Shown here: piece after piece, positions 51,215 through 60,652 of the stretch
Layout of the letters: each line of letters starts with the position of its first letter
Numbering within the stretch: position 1 is the stretch's first letter
Assembly: GCA_965223005.1 (NCBI GenBank)
Contig: CBDCVK010000010.1
Span: 608,001 to 672,000, forward strand
Length of the DNA stretch: 64,000 bases
Direction of reading: 5' to 3'
From: Terriglobia bacterium
GTDB lineage: Bacteria; Acidobacteriota; Terriglobia; JAJPHL01; JAPKYU01
Made by a program: the position numbers and the translations under genes
Notes under the pieces: generated by a model
Seen by the model: only the letters and a program-made list of their open reading frames with translations
Told to the model about the DNA's origin: nothing
Database searches by the model: none

Positions 51215-51946
51215 TCAGCGGCGTTCGACGAACACGCTGCAGGCAGCCTCGTGGCCAACGAACTGCTCGACGCCGGTGCCGCCGACGCGCACCCTCACGG
51301 GGCCGCCAAAGGGGAGCTTTTCCACCACCTCCAGCCGGGTCTTCGGGACCAATCCCAGCGAAACCAGGTACTGCAACAGTTCCCCGTCATTGTCCCGCAC
51401 GCGGCAGACCTCCAGTTTTTCGCCCACTTCGGCGTCCGCCAGCATTCCGCCCAGGATCTTGGGGATAGAGCCGGAGCGCGTGGGGATGGGATCGCCGTGC
51501 GGATCCACCTGTGGGTGGCCCAGCAGGCGGTCAATGCTTTCTTCGAAATCTTCCGAGATGGCGTGCTCCAGGATTTCAGCTTCCGCGTGTACGCGCTCTA
51601 GCGGATAGCCGAGCGCGTGGCTGAGGTAAAGTTCCAGCAGGCGGTGGTGCCGCACGATTTCCAGAGCCACCCGCCGCCCCGCCGTCGTCAAGCGGACACC
51701 ACGGTAGCGGGAGTGATGCACCAGCCGCAGGGCGGAGAGGCGGCGGAGCATCTTGGTGACGGCGGCCGGCGACACCTTCAGCGCCTCAGCCAGAGCGCTG
51801 GTCGAGACCGGCGTTTCCCCGACCGTGAGCTGATAGACCGTCTTCAGGTAGTCTTCAACGGCCGCTCCCAGCGGGACCCGCGGCGGTCTGCGTTTGCCTC
51901 TGATGCCAGCCTCCTTCCTGTAACCTAATGTAGCGCCTGGCTCCAT
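51215..51946 (-). CDS. DtxR/MntR family metal-dependent transcriptional regulator with FeoA-like domain
   Basis: EDYLK..HTH, RHHRLLELYL, EAEILEH, DPHGDPIP; start uncertain. Confidence 0.92.
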   Translation of the reverse strand: MEPGATLGYRKEAGIRGKRRPPRVPLGAAVEDYLKTVYQLTVGETPVSTSALAEALKVSPAAVTKMLRRLSALRLVHHSRYRGVRLTTAGRRVALEIVRHHRLLELYLSHALGYPLERVHAEAEILEHAISEDFEESIDRLLGHPQVDPHGDPIPTRSGSIPKILGGMLADAEVGEKLEVCRVRDNDGELLQYLVSLGLVPKTRLEVVEKLPFGGPVRVRVGGTGVEQFVGHEAACSVFVERR

Positions 51947-52010
51947 GTCGGGCAACCCAGCCGGGCAACCCATCCAGCGACCGGGCGGTATGGCGCCTCT
52001 AATGGCAGCC

Positions 52011-53228
52011 CTACAGCGACTTCAGGAATTGTAGCAAAGCAGCGCGCTCCTGCTCTGTCAAAGACTCGAAGCGACGGCTGCTTTGCTCGGCCTGGCCCCA
52101 GTGCATACGAATGGCCTGCTCGATGGTCGCCGCCCGGCCGTCGTGGAGAAATGGGGAGCGCACCCGCAGCCCCCAAAGAGGCGCTGTACGGAACTCATCG
52201 CCGGAAGCATCACCCTGCGGTAACCCGTCGCCGGTGCCGATGTTGTGCAACAGCAGGTCGGAGTAAAGTCGCACAGGTTGGCGATCCAGCCAGGGCTGCG
52301 TCGCCGGACCCGTGAGCATTACCGGCAGGTGGCAGGCGGCGCAGCCGATCTGCTCGAACACCTGTGCGCCGGCCGCGGTCAACGTGTCTTGCGGCCCACG
52401 GGGAGGCGGACCCAGCATCCGCAGAAAATTGCCGAAGTTATCAATGCCGCGCAGGCCTGTCAGCGGTTCGCGCTCATCCTCAGGATCGGGGCGTGGGTCG
52501 CAGTCGCGTATCTTAAGTGGGTCGTCGAAGCCCGCCTCCACTTCTTGGGGGAACACATCGCTGGTGATGCCCATCTCCTCCAGGTAGGCTTCGGCGCCGA
52601 AGGTGAACAGAGTGGCCTGCTGCGCCTTCCAGCCGAAGCGGCCCACACGGGTTGTGTCGGTCGAGACGTCCACCACCATGTGCGGGCGCCCGCCGATGCC
52701 ATCCGGGTGGGATTGGTTGGTGGCAGCGCGCAGCAGCAGCACCTCTTCAGGAATCGCTTCGATCAACCCGTTGCCAAACAGCGGCAGCGACTTGCGTCGT
52801 GAAAACACGTTGGCCTCTGGCGGTATCAGCTTGTGGCAGCCGTGCGGCGGGATGGAGAAGAGCTGGAAGACAGAGCCGCCGGGCAGCTCGGTGTAGCTTC
52901 CGTCCTCGTTACGGAGCCCAGCCCGGAGCTCCAGGATGGTGCCGGAACCACCGACGGCCGGAATGCTGTGGCATTCGGCGCAGGAGCGCCCGTTGAAGAC
53001 CGGACCCAGCCCATCTCCCGGCTCCTCCACCTCCAGGAAATCCTCCAGGCCCAGTCGGAACAGCTCGAATTCAAACGGGGTCAGGCCGGGCACCGGGTCG
53101 CCGAATTGTGGCTCGCCCACCCCTACGGCGGCGCGTGCGCCTCCCGAGGAGCCACCGAGCCAGTACACCCCCGGAGCTGCCAGCAGTACAACGAGCAATA
53201 GCCCCAAGCCCAGCACTCTGCTGGTCAT
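52011..53228 (-). CDS. Di-heme oxidoreductase (DHOR)-family protein
   Basis: Two CxxCH motifs (CAECH, CAACH), GLGPVFN, GRFGWKA, YSDLLLH, FRTAPLWG, LHDGRA; signal peptide; AAGGAGG RBS. Confidence 0.88.
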   Translation of the reverse strand: MTSRVLGLGLLLVVLLAAPGVYWLGGSSGGARAAVGVGEPQFGDPVPGLTPFEFELFRLGLEDFLEVEEPGDGLGPVFNGRSCAECHSIPAVGGSGTILELRAGLRNEDGSYTELPGGSVFQLFSIPPHGCHKLIPPEANVFSRRKSLPLFGNGLIEAIPEEVLLLRAATNQSHPDGIGGRPHMVVDVSTDTTRVGRFGWKAQQATLFTFGAEAYLEEMGITSDVFPQEVEAGFDDPLKIRDCDPRPDPEDEREPLTGLRGIDNFGNFLRMLGPPPRGPQDTLTAAGAQVFEQIGCAACHLPVMLTGPATQPWLDRQPVRLYSDLLLHNIGTGDGLPQGDASGDEFRTAPLWGLRVRSPFLHDGRAATIEQAIRMHWGQAEQSSRRFESLTEQERAALLQFLKSL

Positions 53229-53336
53229 CTTTCCCTCCTTTGCCCAAAACCCACTGTCATTGCAGTCGAACCGCAAGGAGCCGCTTGCTGATGCTTGCAG
53301 CTCGCAGCCCAAGCTTTCCGACTTTGCCTTTCCGCT

Positions 53337-53690
53337 TCACTTGACCATGATCACGCCCCGCATCATGTTGTGCCCGGCACCGCAGGCGCGCGAGCACTCG
53401 ATGACATACTGGCCGCGCTCGAGCGGTGGGATTTTCAGCTTCAGTTCTCCCTTGCCGCGCGCCGGAATCAAGTAATTGATCCCCAGCTTGCGAATCCAGA
53501 AGCCGTGCTGGGTGTCCTCGCTGACGATCGTCAGCTCCAGTGGCTGCCCCTTCTGCAGCTTGATTCGCGAAGGCGTGAAGCTAAAGCGTTCTGCGCGCAA
53601 GTACACGCGCTTCGGCTCACGCTCCGCCGGCTCCGGCCCCGCCTGGCCTAGCAGGAACAACAGCAACACCGGTACTGCGTAGGGAATCAC
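53337..53690 (-). CDS. Secreted cupredoxin with CuA-type site (COX II periplasmic-domain-like)
   Basis: D.QHGF...CSRACGAGHNMM; GGAGG RBS before GTG 53690. Confidence 0.85.
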   Translation of the reverse strand: MIPYAVPVLLLFLLGQAGPEPAEREPKRVYLRAERFSFTPSRIKLQKGQPLELTIVSEDTQHGFWIRKLGINYLIPARGKGELKLKIPPLERGQYVIECSRACGAGHNMMRGVIMVK

Positions 53691-53761
53691 CTGGTTGCCT
53701 CCATCGGAAGAAATTCGACAGCCCCAATCGTCAATGAACCAATCCTCACTGATCCAATTCT

Positions 53762-55183
53762 CTAGAACCACCAGCCGAGGCCAAGATTGAACTGGTCCCG
53801 GGTGCCGATCACCTGACTGGCGTTGCGGTTGAAGACATAGTCGGCCTTGAACACCACATCCGGATGAGGGAAGTAGCTGGCACCCACCGTCCAGCTCGAG
53901 CGGTCAAATTGGTTCAATGGCAAGAACCCGGACGGCATCCTGTACTGCGTGTCGAAATTCTCGTAGCGGGTGAACACCGCCAGGTTCTGGGAGCTGTGGA
54001 ACGGCAACAGGTAAACAGCGGTTTCCAGGTAGAATCCCCGAATCTGCTCGGCGATGTTGGGATTGACGCCGATGCGACGTTGCAGCGTGCGGTTCAGCAA
54101 TCCCGCTTCCTGAATCTGCCCATGGGCGTACTGGCCGCGGAATTCCAGACGGCGCCAGGAGTAGCGCCCGTCGAAGCTGCCCAGGCGCACCGGCACGTCC
54201 AGATTCGGCGTGTCGAAACCTGTGCGGCCCGCCCAGATGCTGCCACCCAGCGTCAGGCGCGGGATGCCACGGTATTCCACTCGCGCCGTCGTGGCCACAT
54301 TGCGCACGTTGGAGCGGGAGCCTTTCTGCCGGCCGCCGCGCAGACCCTCGTCCGCGCTAAAGCCGGTGGCATCGAGCGGTGACATCAGGTAGAGACGATA
54401 GGTGAATCCGCGCCCCAAATCCCCCCAAGCTCCCACGCCGAGATCAAACCAGGTGCTGGGGATGATCACCGTGTCCACCATCGGGCGCTCGACTCCAAAG
54501 AAGGCAGGCGGCTCGTGCCGCTCGTTGATCACCCCCATCGGCGCCAGCACCATTCCCCCGCGCAGGTTGAAATAGGGATTCAGGTAGAAATCCAGGTAGG
54601 CCTGCTCCAGCTCCAGCTCCCCCTTTTCTTCGCCGTCTTCAACCAAGGCGTGCTCCAGCTCCAGCTCTGACCAAAGCTTGATGCGCGAGGAAAAACTGTG
54701 ACCGAACAGCAACACGAACCGGTGAAAGTCGAACTGGCCGGATTCCCCACGCGGCTTGTTCAGATGAAATTCCATGTAGCCTGCGAAGGGCAGCCGCGCG
54801 CTTTCCTCGGAATCATCGATCGGAGGGGAGGTGGCAGTCACAGAAATAGCCTGCACTGGCGCGGCGGCGGCGGGCGCCTCCACCGGCGACACGGGAACCT
54901 CGGGCGGCGACACGGGAACCTCGGGAGCCGTCCCAGTTGACGGCGCCGGAGCGGAGGCGGCAACCGCCGCCTGTGGCGGCGCAGTGCCCGCCTCCAGCCG
55001 CGCGAGGCGCTCTTCCAGCACCCGCACCTGCTCCTCTAAAGTGCGGATGCGCGTTTCCGGGTCCGGGGCCGGTTCCGGAGCCGCGTCCGGAGATCGCTGC
55101 GCAACGGCTGCACCGGCAAGCAGGAAAAACAGCCAAGCTGTTACACTTTTCTTTAACCCGGGTTTAAAAATGAACAATACCAT
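53762..55183 (-). CDS. Outer-membrane beta-barrel/porin-like protein
   Basis: Signal peptide, coiled coil, Pro/Ala linker, FDFHRFVLLFGH, ELELEHA, LEQAYLD, NERHEP; C-terminal FNLGLGWWF beta-signal. Confidence 0.8.
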   Translation of the reverse strand: MVLFIFKPGLKKSVTAWLFFLLAGAAVAQRSPDAAPEPAPDPETRIRTLEEQVRVLEERLARLEAGTAPPQAAVAASAPAPSTGTAPEVPVSPPEVPVSPVEAPAAAAPVQAISVTATSPPIDDSEESARLPFAGYMEFHLNKPRGESGQFDFHRFVLLFGHSFSSRIKLWSELELEHALVEDGEEKGELELEQAYLDFYLNPYFNLRGGMVLAPMGVINERHEPPAFFGVERPMVDTVIIPSTWFDLGVGAWGDLGRGFTYRLYLMSPLDATGFSADEGLRGGRQKGSRSNVRNVATTARVEYRGIPRLTLGGSIWAGRTGFDTPNLDVPVRLGSFDGRYSWRRLEFRGQYAHGQIQEAGLLNRTLQRRIGVNPNIAEQIRGFYLETAVYLLPFHSSQNLAVFTRYENFDTQYRMPSGFLPLNQFDRSSWTVGASYFPHPDVVFKADYVFNRNASQVIGTRDQFNLGLGWWF

Positions 55184-55221
55184 GGTTCACGAAGCATAGA
55201 ACGCGCCCGGCTGGTTGTCAA
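55149..55221 (-). promoter_or_regulatory. sigma70 promoter of the porin operon with downstream palindromic operator candidate
   Basis: TTGACA(55221-55216)-N17-TATGCT(55198-55193); dyad TTCTTTAACCCGGGTTTAAAAA at 55149-55170. Confidence 0.65.
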
Positions 55222-55415
55222 CTAGCAGTTGCCAGACACCGGGAAAATTCTCGCAGCCCGCCCTTGCTTCTCGCCTCCTCCGTCCAGCCCCGGCTGCCCT
55301 GGCTAAAAGTTCAAGTCCACTCCGGCGACCAAGAGGTTGGCGAAATCCAGCAGTGAAGGAATGAGGTTCACGGAAGTGGGCAGTTGCAGTAAAACATCTT
55401 TATCGAATTTTGTTC

Positions 55416-55444
55416 TTGACAGCAAGGTGCCGCGAGTCTATACA
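55416..55444 (+). promoter_or_regulatory. sigma70-type promoter for a small transcription unit
   Basis: TTGACA-N17-TATACA. Confidence 0.6.
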
Positions 55445-55550
55445 GTGAGACTAATCTCGGGGAAGGCTCAACATGTTGAGCATTTCCCGCCGGCGGGAAA
55501 GAGACCCATTGGCTCACATTAGGGAGAACTAGCGAAGGAGGATGCGCAGA

Positions 55551-55604
55551 ATGAAGAAGACAGCAAAGAAGAAGGCGAAGAAAGCAAAGAAGAAACGCAA
55601 ATAA
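55551..55604 (+). CDS. Lysine-rich micropeptide MKKTAKKKAKKAKKKRK (17 aa)
   Basis: AAGGAGG RBS ending 9 nt upstream, own promoter and terminator; not in ORF track. Confidence 0.6.
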   Translation: MKKTAKKKAKKAKKKRK

Positions 55605-55678
55605 CCCTGACTGCGAACGCAGCCTGCGCCTCGCCGGCGGCTTTTCGGAACCACCGTCGCAGGCGCTGCAATCAACCA

Positions 55679-55710
55679 AGAGGGGACCCGGACGCGGGTC
55701 CCCTTTTTCA
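55679..55710 (+). terminator. Rho-independent terminator
   Basis: AGGGGACCCG-gacg-CGGGTCCCCT followed by a T tract. Confidence 0.85.
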
Positions 55711-55779
55711 TTGCCGACTCTTTCTCATTCTCGTTGCTGAATAGCCGTACGGGTCACTTCTGCCGATCACTTCTGCCGA

Positions 55780-56403
55780 TCACTTTTGATCGACGAGAAG
55801 GCGTCGCTCCTCCACCACGACCTGGTCGATTCTAGCCGGCAAAGCAAACGGGCGATTGATCGCGGCCTTGGGATAGCGGGGCTGGATGAAATGGGTGACG
55901 AGCAACTCCAGCAGGGCACCGCGGAGGGCCAAGCTCCCGATGGAGACCTCCTCGAGATGGAACACCCCGGCGCCGTTCGAGGAAGTAAAACGGCCGCGCA
56001 TCGCGACCGGGTGCTGGCCACGCAGCAACGCGTCCAGCAAGGGATGGATGGGTCGGCGCGAGGCAGCTTTGAAGCGGTCGAAGTCCACCAGGGCGGTTGT
56101 CGAAGGACGCTCGGGGCGCAGCTGGAAACGCACCTGGGAGACTCCGGCCGGGATCTTCCTATCCATCCGGTATTTGAAATAAGAATTGATTTCCTCCTCC
56201 AGCAGAACTGTCACTACGCGAGAGTTGCGGGGGTTAGTTGCGTCAGCCTCGGCTCGGGCAGCCCAGTCGGTGATTCGCGCCAGCTTCTTCGCCATCTGTT
56301 CCGCAAGCGCTTCTGAGAGTTCCGGTTCGCTGGCCCGACGTTTGTCCGCCGGACCTCCTAGCAGAGCTAGCATTATCAGGGGCACTGCAAGAAGGAGCTT
56401 CAT
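55780..56403 (-). CDS. Hypothetical secreted protein
   Basis: Signal peptide; EEEINSYF motif; clean ORF. Confidence 0.7.
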   Translation of the reverse strand: MKLLLAVPLIMLALLGGPADKRRASEPELSEALAEQMAKKLARITDWAARAEADATNPRNSRVVTVLLEEEINSYFKYRMDRKIPAGVSQVRFQLRPERPSTTALVDFDRFKAASRRPIHPLLDALLRGQHPVAMRGRFTSSNGAGVFHLEEVSIGSLALRGALLELLVTHFIQPRYPKAAINRPFALPARIDQVVVEERRLLVDQK

Positions 56404-56506
56404 CACCAGAACAATAAGTTAGACGCAGGGGGAGGACAGCTCGGTGCCGCCGGCCGCAAAGGGTGGCCACCCGGCCGACCGGTCCCACGAGCGGAAAACG
56501 GCGGCG

Positions 56507-59047
56507 CTAATTGCCGCCCGCTGCCCTGCGGGCTACTTCCGGCCCGGGGAGCCGCGGCAGCTCCAGAGGACCTATCAGCCGGAAGGAACTGAGCGAAGTG
56601 CTGTCGAGAGGCAGAACCAGGATATCGGCCACATGGTCAAACCCCACCGTACCGCTGGCCTGGAAGGTCACCGAAGGCGCTTCCAGGATAAGCTTCCGCA
56701 AGCGCACCCGACGCTGTTCGACTGCCAGATCGGCGCTGAAGGAAATGAGGCGGCTGATGCCTCTGGAAATGAGAGGCTGACCCGTGGCGGCAGCCTCCAG
56801 GTCCACATTGCGCAAGTCGAGATCGCGGCCCTCCAACTGCACCCCGATGTTCAAGTTGTTCAGCAGGTCGGACGCTTCCCAGCCCGAGGTGAGGAGCCGC
56901 AGGGAGCCTGAAGCCCGGCCGGCTGCAAGGCCTTCCAGGCGAGGAGACAAGGCAGCTAGTGTGGCCAGGTCCACACCTTGAACGAGCCCGTTCACCTGAT
57001 AGCGCGGGCCGCGCGCTTGGAAATCGAGCCGTGAGCTGCCGGTCCAAGTGCCCCCAGCGAAAGCGCCACGGGCTTGTTCCAATCGCAGGCTCCTGCCCGT
57101 CAGGCGGAAAGCTGTCTCGATCGCCTTCACCTCGAGCCTCGGCAAGCGCAGGCGTCCGACCCTGAGCCGCCCTTTGGCACGAAAAGGGGACGCAGCAGGA
57201 GTCCGCGCAGCCAATGGCGAGGAACCAGCCTCCATCCCGGCCTGCCTACGTGCGGCCAACAGTGCCGGACGCGCGCGGCGAAGCGCCGGCCGCAGGATCT
57301 CGGCAAGCGCTGCGCTGTCCCATTCGTTTACCTTCAAATCCGCCCAATACACCGGCGACGGACGTAAGGGAACGCGCACGCTGCCGGTGATCGTAGCGCC
57401 AGCCCAGGTAGCCACTAGGCGGCTTACACGGACTTGATCGCTCCCAAAGTCCAGCCTGGCGGTGTGCAAGAGAACTGGCGTGGACAGGCCGGGAGGTACC
57501 CACCGGGCGCGCGCCAGTTGTCCCCATCCGGAAACGCTCGGTGCGGCGTCGCGCGCGATTTGCCCGCGCAATTTCAGGGCCAGGTAGCCTTGTCGATGGA
57601 GGGAGGGTCGAGGCAGGGAGGTCGGAGCCGGCCGCAGATCGGCTCCGGCTGCCTGCAAGAGGCTGGAAACCGCCCCCAGTGGGAGGCCGCGCCCGGCAAC
57701 GGAAAACTCGCCTTTCCCGGTCCGCCAGTTCCAGGTCGCTCCCAGATTCAAGTTCCGGCCACGCTCCACTTCCACGGCAGTCGGGGCGAGGCTGACTGTG
57801 GAACCGCTCAGGTTCAGCCGTGTCTGTGCTGCCCGCAGCTGCGGCAGTCCGCTGTCCTCGAACTCCAGTTCGCGGCCGATGACGAAACCCTGAACTTGGA
57901 GCGGCGGACCCTCAAGGAACAACTCCCCATCCAGAATCCCACCCAGTTTCAGGGTGCGGGAGAGCCGCGGCGAAAAGTGCTGCACGGCTCGCACTGCGTT
58001 CCCTGCGCCCGAGTCGGAGAAGCGCAGGTGCCATTTCCATTCGGGGTGATCCAGCAAGCGGACCACCGAGCCGCTCCCCTCCAGGCTTCCTCTGCCTAAA
58101 GCAGCCTCCAACTTTTCGACCTCGAGCCGGCCCGCCGGCCCGTTGAGCAGGGCCTCGTAGCGCAGCTCCACAGAAGAACCGCGTTCCGGAGGCAGCATGT
58201 CCCAGCGGTGTAGGTCGCGCAGGCGCAGTGTCCCGTTGGCTTGTAGCGCCTCGGGGTGCCCTCGCAGCCCGGCCTGTATCTCCAGCACACCGTGGATACC
58301 ATGGTCGGTGCCGGAGGCCAACACGAGCAAGTCGGCAAGGTAAGCGTCGGTCAGATCTACTTGCAGTTGCAGGTCGGAGCCGGTGCCAGGGACACCGGAT
58401 GGTGCAGGCGCAAACGAGCCTTCCACCCGCAAACGCCCGACGTCGGTCAGCGTGCGGTCCGTGCGCGCCGGGGAGCAGGTAAACCGCAGATGCCAGCGAG
58501 CGGGGGCGCTGCCGCCGTCCGCGGGTGGGGTCGAATAAAGCGCCGCATCCACCCCGGAAAGGAAGAAAACGCTTTTCGTGTTACCAGACTTGAAGTTGAT
58601 CCTGGCATCCTGCAGTTCGACGTAGGCGGGAGCGTTGGGGTGGAGCGAGGTGACGGCGGCGCGGCTCATCAGCGGCTCGGCATTCCAGTGGCCATCAGCA
58701 TTGCGGGCCAGGTTCAGGCTCGGCCGCACGAAGATCAACGAAGAAAAGCTCAACCGCCCAGTCCACAGCGAGCGCAGGCGCAGGGTGGCGCGCAGGGTAG
58801 GCATGCGGGCAAAGGGTTCAATGCCGAATGCCGGGTCGTCGGCCACGCTGACGTTCTCAAGATCAAAGCCCGGGCCACCGAACAGTTTCAATCGCACGTG
58901 GCCGGCCTGAACCGGGCGTCCCAGGCCGGCTGCCAGCGCACTGACAATATGGCCGCGGAAGCGGTTGACATTCACCAGGGAAGGCAACAGGAACGCGACG
59001 GCCAGAGTGGCCGCAGCGGCAGTCAAAATGGTGCGCTTGCGCGGCAA
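56507..59047 (-). CDS. AsmA family protein
   Basis: N-terminal anchor, LGRPV..L.NV.VADDP.F..EPF, PSLNL.RN.DG.WN, repeated beta-taco segments. Confidence 0.85.
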   Translation of the reverse strand: MPRKRTILTAAAATLAVAFLLPSLVNVNRFRGHIVSALAAGLGRPVQAGHVRLKLFGGPGFDLENVSVADDPAFGIEPFARMPTLRATLRLRSLWTGRLSFSSLIFVRPSLNLARNADGHWNAEPLMSRAAVTSLHPNAPAYVELQDARINFKSGNTKSVFFLSGVDAALYSTPPADGGSAPARWHLRFTCSPARTDRTLTDVGRLRVEGSFAPAPSGVPGTGSDLQLQVDLTDAYLADLLVLASGTDHGIHGVLEIQAGLRGHPEALQANGTLRLRDLHRWDMLPPERGSSVELRYEALLNGPAGRLEVEKLEAALGRGSLEGSGSVVRLLDHPEWKWHLRFSDSGAGNAVRAVQHFSPRLSRTLKLGGILDGELFLEGPPLQVQGFVIGRELEFEDSGLPQLRAAQTRLNLSGSTVSLAPTAVEVERGRNLNLGATWNWRTGKGEFSVAGRGLPLGAVSSLLQAAGADLRPAPTSLPRPSLHRQGYLALKLRGQIARDAAPSVSGWGQLARARWVPPGLSTPVLLHTARLDFGSDQVRVSRLVATWAGATITGSVRVPLRPSPVYWADLKVNEWDSAALAEILRPALRRARPALLAARRQAGMEAGSSPLAARTPAASPFRAKGRLRVGRLRLPRLEVKAIETAFRLTGRSLRLEQARGAFAGGTWTGSSRLDFQARGPRYQVNGLVQGVDLATLAALSPRLEGLAAGRASGSLRLLTSGWEASDLLNNLNIGVQLEGRDLDLRNVDLEAAATGQPLISRGISRLISFSADLAVEQRRVRLRKLILEAPSVTFQASGTVGFDHVADILVLPLDSTSLSSFRLIGPLELPRLPGPEVARRAAGGN

Positions 59048-59108
59048 GGACGATTCCAGCTAGTTGTCTTCAAGCGGCATCGAATCTCTTAAGGTTACCA
59101 GGAATCTT

Positions 59109-59909
59109 TTAGTTGGGGCGAATCAGCAAGAACATCCGCCCCCAACGGGTCTTGAACGGGAACTGCACGACGGTTTTCAAGATGCCCACGCCGCGTTCCC
59201 AAAGCGAACGGTGACGGTAGTCGGCGCTGCTGCTCTCCAGCGACCAGTAAATCAATAGAGGCTTGCCCAGGATATTTCGCCGCGGGACAAAGCCCCAGTA
59301 GCGGCTGTCGGAGCTGGAGTCCCGGTTGTCCCCCATGACGAAGTAGTGGCCTGGCGGAACTACCAGCCAGCCATCTTGGACGTACTGGCGAAACTCCTCG
59401 GCCCACGCATAAACCGAGCGCGGCATCGAATCGGGGAAATTGTCGCGGTACAGATCCACGCTGCCCGCCTTGTGCACCTTGTAGCCTTCGTCGGCCAGAT
59501 GGCCATTGATGTACAGCTGCTGGTTGACCATCCGCAGCCGGTCGCCCGGAACTCCGACGACGCGCTTGACAAAATGCGTGCTTGGGTCCACCGGGTATTT
59601 GAAGACGACAATGTCTCGGCGCCGGACCTCCTGGTAGGGAAGCAGCGCCCCCAGCCAGCGGCCGGGCGGCGCATAGGCCAGCTTGTCCACCATCAGGTGG
59701 TCGCCGATCAGCAACGTATCTTCCATCGAGCTGGAGGGAATCTTGAAGGCCTGGATGGCGAACGTGGTTCCATACAGAGCCAGGATCACAGTCACCACAA
59801 TGGATTCGAAATATTCGCGGAAGGTGGACTTTCGACCCGCGTCACTGGGCGCCAGCGAAGTCTCTGCGGTCTTCTCGGCCTTCATCGCGTTGGCTTCGGT
59901 CACCGCCAT
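59109..59909 (-). CDS. lepB: Signal peptidase I
   Basis: FKIPSSSMEDTL.IGD, FVKRVVG.PGD, MGDNRD.SSDSRYWG. Confidence 0.96.
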   Translation of the reverse strand: MAVTEANAMKAEKTAETSLAPSDAGRKSTFREYFESIVVTVILALYGTTFAIQAFKIPSSSMEDTLLIGDHLMVDKLAYAPPGRWLGALLPYQEVRRRDIVVFKYPVDPSTHFVKRVVGVPGDRLRMVNQQLYINGHLADEGYKVHKAGSVDLYRDNFPDSMPRSVYAWAEEFRQYVQDGWLVVPPGHYFVMGDNRDSSSDSRYWGFVPRRNILGKPLLIYWSLESSSADYRHRSLWERGVGILKTVVQFPFKTRWGRMFLLIRPN

Positions 59910-59920
59910 GTCAACCTGCG

Positions 59921-60652
59921 TTAGCCTGCTGCAGCCGGCGAGGAGGCAAGCTGTCCGGTGCGTTGCTGGAAGTGGAGCAGGGCGGCGCGGGCCGCTTCCT
60001 GCTCGGCGGCCTTCTTGGTTGCCCCCTCGGCCTGGGAGACAAATTCCTTGCCGATCCGGACCTCGACGGTAAAGGTCTTGCGGTGCTCCGGGCCACGCTC
60101 ACCGACGACGACGTAGCGCGGCTGCGGCAGGTGCGCTGCTTGCAGGTATTCCTGGAGCGTCGACTTGAAGTCGCTCAGGGGAAACTGTTCAATTCCACGT
60201 TCCAGCCAGTGGCTCAGCACCAAGCGGCGGACCAGCTCGCGCGTCTTCTCCAGCCCAGCATCCAGGTAGAGGGCGGCAATCAGCGCTTCCAGCCCGTCCA
60301 CTAGCAGCGCCCGCTTGTGACGCCCGCCGCTCTTCTCCTCACCCCGCCCCAGTTGCAGAAACGCGCCCAAGTGCAACTGGCTGGCGATGGCAAACAGGTG
60401 CGAAGCGCTCACCAGGTGCGCTCTCATCTTTGACAGCTGACCTTCCGAGTAGTCCGGGAAGCGCTCCACCAGTTCTCGGCTGACCAGAAATCCCAAAATC
60501 GCATCTCCGAGGAACTCCAACTGCTCGTTGTGACAGTCGGCGCTCTCACTGCGCTCGTGGCTGTGGGAGCTGTGGGTTAGAGCCCGCAGCAGCAGGTCCC
60601 GCCGGGCAAACGTGTGCCCGATTGCCTTTTCCAATTCGCTCAGATCGTCCAC
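59921..60652 (-). CDS. rnc: Ribonuclease III
   Basis: ALTHSS, NEQLEFLGDAIL, EALIAALYLD, C-terminal dsRBD. Confidence 0.96.
   Translation of the reverse strand: MDDLSELEKAIGHTFARRDLLLRALTHSSHSHERSESADCHNEQLEFLGDAILGFLVSRELVERFPDYSEGQLSKMRAHLVSASHLFAIASQLHLGAFLQLGRGEEKSGGRHKRALLVDGLEALIAALYLDAGLEKTRELVRRLVLSHWLERGIEQFPLSDFKSTLQEYLQAAHLPQPRYVVVGERGPEHRKTFTVEVRIGKEFVSQAEGATKKAAEQEAARAALLHFQQRTGQLASSPAAAG

Noticed and set aside
54884-54924. 21-bp tandem repeat in the porin gene
   Set aside because: In-frame PEVPVSP repeat in a Pro/Ala linker; ordinary low-complexity expansion
55753-55791. 13-bp tandem repeat TCACTTCTGCCGA
   Set aside because: Simple duplication of the stop-codon region of the adjacent gene; no evidence of function
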